From contig JAEUIP010000001.1 of the NCBI GenBank assembly GCA_016795075.1, positions 20,608-84,607 on the forward strand: a stretch of DNA of 64,000 nucleotides. Direction: 5' to 3'. This DNA comes from Planctomycetaceae bacterium (GTDB taxonomy: Bacteria; Planctomycetota; Planctomycetia; Pirellulales; Pirellulaceae). The notes below the pieces were generated by a model. It saw only the letters and a program-made list of their open reading frames with translations, ran no database searches and had not been told where the DNA came from. This document shows, in pieces, positions 49,929 through 58,021 of this stretch (its first letter is position 1; each line of letters begins with the position of its first letter). A program made the translations under genes and the position numbers.

Positions 49929-50570
49929 TTAATCCGCAATGCTTGCCCTTTTTGCGATCGACTTCACCAAAGTCCCTGCTAGCAAGCCAATCGCGGCTCC
50001 TATAAAGACATCGCTAGGCCAATGCGAATTGCTGACGATTCGCTGAAGTCCCGCTAACGAAGCCAAGAAATAAAAAATGATTCGACCACGTGGGAACGCC
50101 CAACTCAACGCCACGGCCAACGAAAACGCGGTCGCCGTGTGGCCGGAGGGAAACGACTGTCGCCAACTCTCGCGCAGATAACTGCTTTCCAGAATCGGCA
50201 GCCACCCGACAAAACTGTGGCCAAGCTCTTCAGCGCTCGCTTGCAACTCCCAAAACTTGTACGGTCGGATCCGCGACAACAAGGACTTCGTCAGATTCGC
50301 GGCCAAACCACCCACGACAGGACAAGCGACCAACCACCAGAAGATCGGACGCACCGGCAACGCCACGCGATACACGAGAAGCAAGATCACCGCGACCGTC
50401 AAACCATGAGCCATCACCTCGCTTAGATCAATCAATCGTTTGAGATCCGAAGGCAGACGGTTTTGCACAAAGAATTGGCAAATAGACTCGTCAAAAAAAG
50501 ACACACCCACCGCCGCCCAACACAAAAAAACGGCGATCGCCAGGGTCCGTTTCCAAGGGACTTCAACCAT
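49929..50570 (-). CDS. PAP2-family membrane phosphatase
   Basis: KSLLSRIRPY, PSGHTATAF and SNSHWPSDV are the three PAP2 motifs. I moved the start to ATG 50570 because the longer ORF-track N-terminus is translated from hairpin repeats. Confidence 0.85.
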   Translation of the reverse strand: MVEVPWKRTLAIAVFLCWAAVGVSFFDESICQFFVQNRLPSDLKRLIDLSEVMAHGLTVAVILLLVYRVALPVRPIFWWLVACPVVGGLAANLTKSLLSRIRPYKFWELQASAEELGHSFVGWLPILESSYLRESWRQSFPSGHTATAFSLAVALSWAFPRGRIIFYFLASLAGLQRIVSNSHWPSDVFIGAAIGLLAGTLVKSIAKRASIAD

Positions 50571-50647
50571 GCACCGGGATTTTGTTTCGTTAGGCAAATG
50601 CTCAGCCGCGGAGTTCAACACGGTTCCAATCAAGTTTGTATCGTGAC

Positions 50648-50776
50648 GATGGTAGTGGGTCGCTCCGCGACCCATTTGTTGGTTCGCGGAGCGAACCACT
50701 ACCATCTACCGGCCATTGGACATAGCAGTGGGTCGCTCCGCGACCCAGTTGTTGGTTCGCGGAGCGAACCACTACA
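50648..50776. repeat. two tandem copies of a ~55-bp imperfect palindrome (REP-like hairpin family 2)
   Basis: Copy 1 (50648-50706) is GATGGTAGTGGGTCGCTCCGCGACC-CATTTGTT-GGTTCGCGGAGCGAACCACTACCATC. Copy 2 (about 50725-50776) has the same core with CAGTTGTT as the loop. Confidence 0.85.
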
Positions 50777-51017
50777 CTCCAACCGAATGTACGATTTATC
50801 CAGCTTCGCAACAAGGCACGAACTTCGCAGACGGTTCCTGTCACATGATTGCCTGAGCACGTGCGGCGATCCGGGCCTTCAATTATGCTAAGCTGGGGCG
50901 GTCCCTTGGCGTTAGGCTATCCTTTGGAAGTCGCACTTGAGGTCCTGGGATCGTTCGACCGCGGTCGCTTGCATTTCGCTGGATCAATCACTCCTTACCA
51001 CTGCCGAGAAGTTTTCG

Positions 51018-52283
51018 ATGAGCCACCATCTGTCGCGTCATTACTCATTCGCCACGACAACGCGAGGAATCCTAAAGACCCTAGTTCGAATTCCATTGAT
51101 GTTCGTCGTGTCGATGGCTTGCGGATTCAATCCGTCGGCGGCACCCGGGTTTCAGGCATCGCTCACGAACGACGCTCCGATCACGATCTTGGTCGGGACC
51201 TACACCAACAAAGACAGTCAAGGTGTTTATCGATTGGAGCTGAACTTAGCGACGGGGCAACTCACACAGCGAGGGCTTGTCGCCAAGTTGGACCAACCTT
51301 CGTTCTTGGCGGGGTCGCCAGGCTTGCCTGGTCTATTCGCGGCAGTTCACGAAACTTCGGATTTCTCGGGCAAACCAGGGGGCGGGCTATCGTTGCTAAA
51401 GTTTGACTCCACCACCGGAGCCGCGCAAGTGGTATCCCAGAGTTTGACACAAGGCGGCGCGCCATGTCACGTGGCCATCGACTCGGGTGGTGGCCGGATC
51501 GCTGTCGCGAATTATTCGGGTGGCAGTTACTCCGGCTTTCGCGTCGATCGTGCCAAAGATGCTCGCTCGCCCGCGGCCGCGGAACCGGCGCTTCGTTTGA
51601 CGGCCGGCTACTGCTTTCAAAATTCGGGTTCCAGCATCAATCGGCAACGACAGGAATCTTCCCACGGTCACTGCGTTCGCTTTGTCCCCGGTCACGAAGA
51701 TTGGATTGTGGCGGCGGACCTGGGAACTGACGAAGTACTCTTGTTCAAGGTCAGTGAAACCAAAGCCGATGTCGTGCTGGAAAAAGTCCGTACGATCCAA
51801 TTGAAGCCCGGGAGTGGGCCACGACAAATTGATTTTCATCCCAATGGCAAGTGGATGTACGTGATCAATGAACTCGACAACACCATCACGCAACTGACGT
51901 TCCCCGATGCGCAAGGGAACATGCAAATTCTGGGCTCGGTACCGACTTTACCGGCCGACTTCCAGGGCTCCAACGGCACGGCACAAGTTCAGGTCCATCC
52001 CAATGGCCGTTTTGTTTATGGCAGCAACCGTGGGCACAACAGTATCGCGATGTTTTCCGTCGCGTCAGATACCGGAGCCCTCACTCCGCTGGGTCACCAA
52101 GCGGCCGGGATCAAAACACCGCGTCATTTCTTGGTCGAGCCAAGCGGAAAATACCTCTTGGTGGCCAATCAAGATGCCGATTCGGTGGTCGTCTTTCCGA
52201 TCGACGCGGAAACCGGAATCCTCGGGCCATCCCAGTTCCAAGCCTACGTGCCGACTCCGGTTTGTTTGCTTCCAATCCAGTAA
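51018..52283 (+). CDS. lactonase-family 7-bladed beta-propeller protein (6-phosphogluconolactonase-like)
   Basis: ILVGTYTNKDSQGVYRLEL..., GGAPCHVAIDSGGGRIAVANYSGG, GPRQIDFHPNGKWMYVINELDNTI and PRHFLVEPSGKYLLVANQDADSVVVF are present. The start is taken at ATG 51018, with a signal/lipoprotein-like N-terminus. Confidence 0.8.
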   Translation: MSHHLSRHYSFATTTRGILKTLVRIPLMFVVSMACGFNPSAAPGFQASLTNDAPITILVGTYTNKDSQGVYRLELNLATGQLTQRGLVAKLDQPSFLAGSPGLPGLFAAVHETSDFSGKPGGGLSLLKFDSTTGAAQVVSQSLTQGGAPCHVAIDSGGGRIAVANYSGGSYSGFRVDRAKDARSPAAAEPALRLTAGYCFQNSGSSINRQRQESSHGHCVRFVPGHEDWIVAADLGTDEVLLFKVSETKADVVLEKVRTIQLKPGSGPRQIDFHPNGKWMYVINELDNTITQLTFPDAQGNMQILGSVPTLPADFQGSNGTAQVQVHPNGRFVYGSNRGHNSIAMFSVASDTGALTPLGHQAAGIKTPRHFLVEPSGKYLLVANQDADSVVVFPIDAETGILGPSQFQAYVPTPVCLLPIQ

Positions 52284-52317
52284 CCATGTCGTTGGATCAC
52301 ATCGGCGAAACGCTCGA

Positions 52318-52632
52318 CTATTCCCGAGAAATTGGAATTTGGGGCAAGTCGCTTGGCAACGGTGGCGTCAACAGAGTCGCCCGCGGAGGTGGCGTGGTGC
52401 TCGCGTCTTTTGGCAGGGAAGTCGGGGGCAGATCGGATTCCGCCATACTGGTCGGAGCAATCTTCGTCGCTGGAGGAGCAATATGCGAGGTTGGCGAGAC
52501 CCAAGAACTGAAACAACCGCCGGTGACGGTTAACGCACCAACCACACAACCCAATGGCAGCGTTCGGTGCAGGAGCAAGCTGGACAGAATTCCCTTGGGC
52601 AAATTTCGTGCTTGTTTATTTCGGTTACTCAT
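52318..52632 (-). CDS. possible small Pro/Thr/Ser-rich lipoprotein (weak)
   Basis: MSNRNKQARNLPKGILSSLLLHRTLPLGC... looks like a basic N-terminus, a hydrophobic core and a Cys. AGGA lies about 11 nt upstream, and the ORF is on the same strand as, and 27 nt downstream of, the metalloprotease gene. An overlapping plus-strand ORF (52262..52663) is about equally long, so coding status is uncertain. Confidence 0.3.
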   Translation of the reverse strand: MSNRNKQARNLPKGILSSLLLHRTLPLGCVVGALTVTGGCFSSWVSPTSHIAPPATKIAPTSMAESDLPPTSLPKDASTTPPPRATLLTPPLPSDLPQIPISRE

Positions 52633-52659
52633 TGCATCGATTCCTGACAGGGTGTCGTA

Positions 52660-54111
52660 TTAGCGAAGCCGTTGTGGAAGCAAGATCGTCGAATCACTAC
52701 GATAGTTGGCCTGACCCACGGGTGCTGGGGTAGCGAGCGGTGCTGGGCTAGACGCGGGTGTCGGGCGAAGGCGTGGCAAGGTATTTCCCTGTGGTGATAA
52801 ATTTGTGTTCGGCATCGGCGGACTCTGTGGCGTTGGTGATGGTGGGCCGAATGCCAGTGCTGCTGAAGACGGTTGCGGTCCACTAGCTAACCCAGTCTGC
52901 GGGACGCTCTCGGATTGGACCGTTTCGACTGTGGATGTACCACCGCTCGTTAGTCCTGCCCGCATTTGTTGAACGTAGAAGTTCTCATCGTTCGACTCAT
53001 CCGAATTGCGGCCGATAAAATTTGCGGGCGCGGCAATCGTGCCGGTTTGTGGATCGGGCTCGTCCACGCTGGCCAAACGGACACCACTGCGTTGCTCCAT
53101 CCGAGCAACCGCGTCAGATTCTTGACTGCCTTCGCCGACCCACTTCAGCCAATCGAGCTGTAGTTCGGACAAGTCTTGATAACCGTACATTTCGCGCATG
53201 GCTTGATCCCAGGCCACGGTCACCGGCATTTGGGTTTCATGTTGCAGACCGCGTTCGACAAGCTGTACGAATTGGCGATGCCCACCTTGGGCAATCAAGA
53301 ACTTCGCAACGGAATAACCTTGAGCGTACAACGGCAACATATCGCTCGGATAGTCACGCATGGGGAACATACGATTGAACGGGATGCCTTGCCTTTGTTG
53401 TGGCGATAGATATCGCAGCAGCAAGGCATGAATCTTTTCACGTTCGCTCGAGTGCTCGATCGTCGTGCAGGCCCCTTCATCAGCCCAGCGTGGAAGGCGT
53501 TGCTTGAAATGCGAGGCAAAAATCGTGTGCGTGATTTCATGAGGCAAGACGCTATCCAACAATCGATCTGTTGGACCGTTGACTTTCATCTCCCAATCGC
53601 TCGGTAGCGCCGTTCCATCTTCCGACAGCAAGAACGAAGTTTCTCCGTGGGCTTGATTGGACACGTTGACTTCAATCGGACATGACTGTGACCAATCCGG
53701 CAATGTATAGCCCAACCATTGCATGGCCAACAACTCGCGATAGCCTTCGGCTCGGTCGCCCACCACTTGGGCCAATTGCGAGTTCGCAGCTTGGACCCGG
53801 AAGTTTCTCGTCACATACACGTTGCCCTGGAATTGGCCCAAGTTCTGATACGCCAAGACGGCGTCGTTTATTTCCGGAGTTGGCTTCTTGCTGGTAACCG
53901 TCAGGTGAAGGGGCTGATCGGCCCACGACAACGTCCCGGTGGAGTTCCCGAACAGCAAGCCGCAAAAGCTGAGGACCAGCCAGGCCCAACCGTTGCGTTT
54001 GCCGGCTTGTTTCAACCGCGGCGTGAATCCATGTTCGCTAGGGCACGCGTGGGCATCCCTACGGCAGTCCCGATGCGCAGCCGCGTCGATTACGGTCCGG
54101 CAAGCATCCAT
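52660..54111 (-). CDS. putative zinc metalloprotease (HExxH, peptidase MA-like) with Pro/Ser-rich C-terminus
   Basis: The TM/signal segment is WAWLVLSFCGLLFG. LPHEITHTIF (HExxH) is followed by PRWADEGACTT, a candidate third ligand Glu. Confidence 0.6.
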   Translation of the reverse strand: MDACRTVIDAAAHRDCRRDAHACPSEHGFTPRLKQAGKRNGWAWLVLSFCGLLFGNSTGTLSWADQPLHLTVTSKKPTPEINDAVLAYQNLGQFQGNVYVTRNFRVQAANSQLAQVVGDRAEGYRELLAMQWLGYTLPDWSQSCPIEVNVSNQAHGETSFLLSEDGTALPSDWEMKVNGPTDRLLDSVLPHEITHTIFASHFKQRLPRWADEGACTTIEHSSEREKIHALLLRYLSPQQRQGIPFNRMFPMRDYPSDMLPLYAQGYSVAKFLIAQGGHRQFVQLVERGLQHETQMPVTVAWDQAMREMYGYQDLSELQLDWLKWVGEGSQESDAVARMEQRSGVRLASVDEPDPQTGTIAAPANFIGRNSDESNDENFYVQQMRAGLTSGGTSTVETVQSESVPQTGLASGPQPSSAALAFGPPSPTPQSPPMPNTNLSPQGNTLPRLRPTPASSPAPLATPAPVGQANYRSDSTILLPQRLR

Positions 54112-55109
54112 GCTCGCAAACTCCGTGCAATGAGTTTCTTAACGATTCGGAAACCATCCGTGTTTCCTGAGAATGCTAAGCCTAACTCAAGTCGAAATTA
54201 ACCAACAGAGAAAACCCGCCGGTCCTTCCAAAGTCGCTAGCACTTGTGTTGATCCATTGCAGCGATAATCCGAAACTCGGGGGCCGAGCAATTTCCGTAA
54301 GCGTCTACCAGCGATCACTACCGCCGCGGCTTCGCTCCAGCAGCACAGGGACAATATACCTAACTCCGCAACCGGACGAGCCACGTCGGGGGCGATTGTA
54401 TGTAGTTTCGGCAGATGTCAGGGTCAGCGATTCGTCTTTTAACCTCTAGCGACGATTCATTTAGCGCTGCCCCTTTGGGGCGAATTGGTTTGGGTTTGCG
54501 GCCTTTCCCAGGGCGACGTTCGCGACGGGCGATCGTTTGACTCTTTGGTGAAACGAAACATGCCACGCGGGCAAACCACTTCGGCGGATCATACGTGCCG
54601 CGAACTCTGCCCTGGGCTGACTTAGGACTGGCCCGTTGGGCCGAAAACCCGTTTGGTTTAATGCTTTCCAACGGAACCCATGCGACGACTGGGGAACCGA
54701 CCCGTTGACAATCACGATTGGCCTTTCTCCGAAAAAATGTGTGTCCCCAGCTTTTTCCCCCGCGCGGAGAGCAGTCGAGGAACAGACTTGTTTAGCAAAT
54801 GAATTCCATCGAGACCGCAATCGTTCACGCTCGCAGGTCCGGGCAGTCCGTACCCAAGGTGAAAACCGATCGGCCTACTTGCAGACGTGTCTGAAGCAAG
54901 CTCTGTCTTGCGGCCTTCAAAACCTGGCCCACTGATGATTCGAGATTTGGCGATGTCGTTTAAACACAAAGCTTCCGCACAGACGGGACGCGCCACGTCG
55001 GGGGCGATTGTTCGAAGTTGCGGCGGACGTCGATCGTCGAGCGAGCGCCCCAATCGCTCCTTGGCATCCGATCGAAAGCGTTGACGTTAGAAAACCGGCC
55101 AAATGGATA

Positions 55110-56711
55110 TTAACGGTTTCGCCAATACTGAAAGAGTGCGGAGCCGGTTTGCTTGAGTTCCGCCAGCGCTTGCCGCCACGTTCCACGCAGCGATTCTTGA
55201 AACAAACGCAACAGCGAGGTTGATTGGGCGTCGCGTAAAATGGTCGACAGGGCAGGCAAGAGGTTTTCAGCAACACCCCAATTCCGGGCTGGATCGCCTG
55301 AAGTACAAACGGGAATGACCACCGAGACGCGTTTTCCAACGACCGAATGGACGTAGTTCAAAGCGGCCTGAATTTGACGGCCCTTGGCATCTTGGGGTTC
55401 CCGCCAGTTGTAAGGCGGTTCCCAAACCATCGCAGGCTTCAACAAATCGACATGCGTCAGCACACCAATCATTGGAGGAAATCGCAGATCGGGGTGAGCG
55501 ACAAAAAAGGCTTCCAATTGCTCCAACAACAATTGATCGGATTTGCGGGCCGACGTATTGGCAGACATAACCAACAACACCGCATCGGCTTGTGTCACTG
55601 CGGTTTCAATTTGTCGACGTTGTTCCGCACTGGCGCCGGCCTCGCCATAACCGGGCGTATCCAGCAACTCCACCGGCCCAGCGGCATTGGCCAAGGGGAT
55701 CGCAAAGCGGCGAACCTCGCGCGTCGTCGGCAAAACGTCGCAGGCGGCTTCATGTTTTCCCAACAACGAATTGATCAAGCTCGACTTCCCCGAGCTTACC
55801 TGCCCCACCAAAACAATACGCACCGCTTCGCTGGGTGGCGGGCCTGTTTCTTTTTTCAAGTCGGTCGGCTCGTTGCCAAGACTTGCGGACTGGGGCGAAT
55901 CCGGCTCTGCTTTGACCGCGACTTGGTCTTGTCCGAAGGTCTCGCTGCGTCTTCGGCCAAAGTACTGACGGTACTTTTGCGTCCCGCCACGCAATCGTCC
56001 ACTGTTCATCTCAATCAGGTAAAAGCCCACTTGATAAATGAATTTCATGTAGAGCCGAACCAACAGTTCTTGTTGGAGCTGCTGCCCCAGCGGTTCAACG
56101 GTCGCTTTTGAAGTGAAGTACCGCAGCACGTTGAGGGGGTTGTACACCATCGAGGACAACCAAACCGACTCTTGAACACGATTGTACCACTTGGGAGTGT
56201 GACCTAACGCTTGCCATTGGCCAATCGTTAACCACTGGGCCACGGGCAATCGCTCCGTCGTCAACTCTTCCAAGTCTTCGACCGCTAAGTGAACGGCCGA
56301 CAATACTTCGGTAACCTTCAGTGAAGAATACGGGTCTTGGGCGGAAGGATAATAATGGGCAGCCAACTCCATCGCCAGCGACTTGACCTGTTCGATGTAG
56401 AAGTGCGGATCAATCAATTGCTCAGGCGTATGCTCGGGCACCGTCAGTTGGCGACGACGAACAATTTCGAGCGCGGCGCGATCGCGGTCGGTCCAGTGAA
56501 CACCGGGCTCGGCAACCTCCAAAGCATCGACCGTTGGTGGTAACCAAACTCGACCGACGATCCAGGCGGTCAACCAACACAGCGGCAACAAGGCCCAAGC
56601 CCAAAACGTCAAGCCACTTGTCCACAATGCGTATCCACCCAGGATCACGTACACCAGGATTGGCGACAAGATCAAACTGCCCATGACCCACGAACGACGA
56701 CTAAATATCAT
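55110..56711 (-). CDS. membrane-anchored GTPase (N-terminal TM helices, helical middle region, C-terminal P-loop GTPase domain)
   Basis: G1 is GQVSSGKSSLINSLLG, G3 is LLDTPGYGE and a G4-like element is VLTHVDLL. There are two N-terminal TM helices. The start at 56711 forms an ATGA overlap with the upstream gene. Confidence 0.75.
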   Translation of the reverse strand: MIFSRRSWVMGSLILSPILVYVILGGYALWTSGLTFWAWALLPLCWLTAWIVGRVWLPPTVDALEVAEPGVHWTDRDRAALEIVRRRQLTVPEHTPEQLIDPHFYIEQVKSLAMELAAHYYPSAQDPYSSLKVTEVLSAVHLAVEDLEELTTERLPVAQWLTIGQWQALGHTPKWYNRVQESVWLSSMVYNPLNVLRYFTSKATVEPLGQQLQQELLVRLYMKFIYQVGFYLIEMNSGRLRGGTQKYRQYFGRRRSETFGQDQVAVKAEPDSPQSASLGNEPTDLKKETGPPPSEAVRIVLVGQVSSGKSSLINSLLGKHEAACDVLPTTREVRRFAIPLANAAGPVELLDTPGYGEAGASAEQRRQIETAVTQADAVLLVMSANTSARKSDQLLLEQLEAFFVAHPDLRFPPMIGVLTHVDLLKPAMVWEPPYNWREPQDAKGRQIQAALNYVHSVVGKRVSVVIPVCTSGDPARNWGVAENLLPALSTILRDAQSTSLLRLFQESLRGTWRQALAELKQTGSALFQYWRNR

Positions 56712-57862
56712 GAGGAGCCCTGTGGATGAACGGACCACAACTTGGCGCCGGTTTGCAACTGATTGCGAAATTGATTTTTGAGTTCGTCATTGGTGGGCAG
56801 ATGTCCCTGCAGACGCTGAGTGAAATACCACTGCCACGCCCAACCGGCCGCGTAGGTGATACCAAACGTGGAAGCCGCATTGACGGCCATGCCCACGTAC
56901 GGAATGAACTTCAAGCCTTGTCGTAGCCCCGCCTGGACCGCGACGGCTCCTCCAACAATCCCCATGATCTTGGCCAAGTTCGCTTTGTCTAATGGTTGCT
57001 GATACACATCCGCGATCGTCTTCGCCAAGTGCGTTTGAATCGCAAAGACCGCCGGAATATCGACCCACGGTATCGGAAACGCAGCCGTCGAAGCGGCCAA
57101 CACGCTATGGGCCATGATGATCGGCGCGCAACGACGCCGCGACAAATCGTCCAACGCTTGCTCGACGTTCTCCAAACAAGACAACGTGTGGCGATACGCG
57201 GCAGGTAGCAACTCCAGCAGAGCCTCTTTCAGCAGACGCCCTCGATAATCCTGAGGCTCCAACTGATCCTCGGGAGTCGTCAAATCCACTTCAATGACTT
57301 TATCGTACATTCCCGCAAAACGAGACTTCTGTAAATCGATGCTTCTTTGCAAATTGTCCGGCCACAGAGTTGTCGCACCCCGATCTTCCGGATGTGGCTG
57401 ACCGGGATAAGCATCGTGCAGCGCTGTCAAAACGAGAAGTATGGGACGTTGCGGTCGACAGTTTCGAATCTGTTGCCAAGTGTCCTTAAGTTCATCCAGC
57501 GAATGATCCATCGCGCGGATCGTTACCACCACCAAGTGGCTTTCGTGTTGCAGTTTCGCAATATCCGCTGCGTGATCGTAGTGGGCCTCGCCCAAGCCAC
57601 GTGTATCTAGAAACTTGACTAGCGGTGCTTGTTCATCGGGGAAGGCATACAATCGAGTGTGTTTGGTCTGAGGTTGAAATCCATTGCCGATCTCGGCCTC
57701 GGTCGCTCCCGTCAAATACCGAATCAGCGACGATTTCCCACTGCCCGTCTTGCCAAATAGCCAAATCACCGGAATCGGAGCCTGCGCCAAAATCGCTGCC
57801 CGTTGTTGTTCGTAGTCGGTTGATCGTCCAGACTGAAAGTAATAGGCTATTTGATTCCACAT
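56708..57862 (-). CDS. GTPase with C-terminal DUF697-like membrane domain
   Basis: G1 is FGKTGSGKSSLIRYLTG and G3 is FLDTRGLGE. The C-terminal ...PIPWVDIPAVFAIQTHLAKTIADVYQQPL...FIPYVGMAVNAASTFGITYAAGWAWQWYF resembles YcjF/DUF697. Confidence 0.75.
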   Translation of the reverse strand: MWNQIAYYFQSGRSTDYEQQRAAILAQAPIPVIWLFGKTGSGKSSLIRYLTGATEAEIGNGFQPQTKHTRLYAFPDEQAPLVKFLDTRGLGEAHYDHAADIAKLQHESHLVVVTIRAMDHSLDELKDTWQQIRNCRPQRPILLVLTALHDAYPGQPHPEDRGATTLWPDNLQRSIDLQKSRFAGMYDKVIEVDLTTPEDQLEPQDYRGRLLKEALLELLPAAYRHTLSCLENVEQALDDLSRRRCAPIIMAHSVLAASTAAFPIPWVDIPAVFAIQTHLAKTIADVYQQPLDKANLAKIMGIVGGAVAVQAGLRQGLKFIPYVGMAVNAASTFGITYAAGWAWQWYFTQRLQGHLPTNDELKNQFRNQLQTGAKLWSVHPQGSS

Positions 57863-57874
57863 CTCGCAACCAGC

Positions 57875-58005
57875 AATGCCAGGGTGTCGAGCGATACCCG
57901 CTCGACGAGCCGCCAGGGGACTGGCGACTAATATTGTTTTGAGCCGCCAGGGACTGGCGGCCTACATTTGTTTAATGCCGCCAGGGACTGGCGACCTACA
58001 TTGGT
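57875..58005. repeat. array of four GC-rich hairpins filling the divergent intergenic region (3 x ~34-bp unit GCCGCCAGGGACTGGCGRC + CTACATTTGTTT-like spacer)
   Basis: The first hairpin is GTCGAGCG-ATACC-CGCTCGAC (57886-57906). Palindromic units GCCGCCAGGGGACTGGCGAC, GCCGCCAGGGACTGGCGGC and GCCGCCAGGGACTGGCGAC then start at 57909, 57943 and 57977. Confidence 0.85.
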
Positions 58006-58021
58006 CCCCGGGAAGGATAAC

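Noticed and set aside
49929-50705. Long form of the PAP2 ORF starting MVVVRSANQQMGRGATHYH, and ORF 50602..50844(-)
   Set aside because: The extension is encoded by the hairpin repeats at 50648-50776, and the same peptide appears twice. The ATG at 50570 gives a normal PAP2 N-terminus.
51076-51095. GTTCGAATTCC resembling a tRNA T-loop
   Set aside because: It has no flanking T-stem or acceptor pairing, and it lies inside the signal-peptide coding region of the lactonase gene.
54825-54850. AGGTCCGGGC resembling the RNase P RNA P4 motif (GGAAAGTCCGGGC); I also looked for tmRNA, 6S, group II intron domain V and several riboswitch cores in the 1-kb gap
   Set aside because: Only a partial match is present. 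The complementary P4 strand (ACAGAACCCGGCTTA-like), a tRNA-like 3' end, a tag ORF and the other diagnostic motifs are all absent.
54360-55053. Minus-strand ORF fragments 54712..55053, 54461..54820 and 54360..54671 as a frameshifted pseudogene (e.g. a transposase)
   Set aside because: The concatenated translation is Arg/Pro/Gly/Ser-rich with no motif I can recognise, and the frames overlap rather than abut. I treated the region as non-coding, but a profile search could overturn this.
57909-58005. The tandem palindromic units as a mini CRISPR array
   Set aside because: There are only three units, the spacers of about 14 nt are similar to each other, and no cas genes are nearby. The period of 34 bp is far below repeat-plus-spacer lengths.
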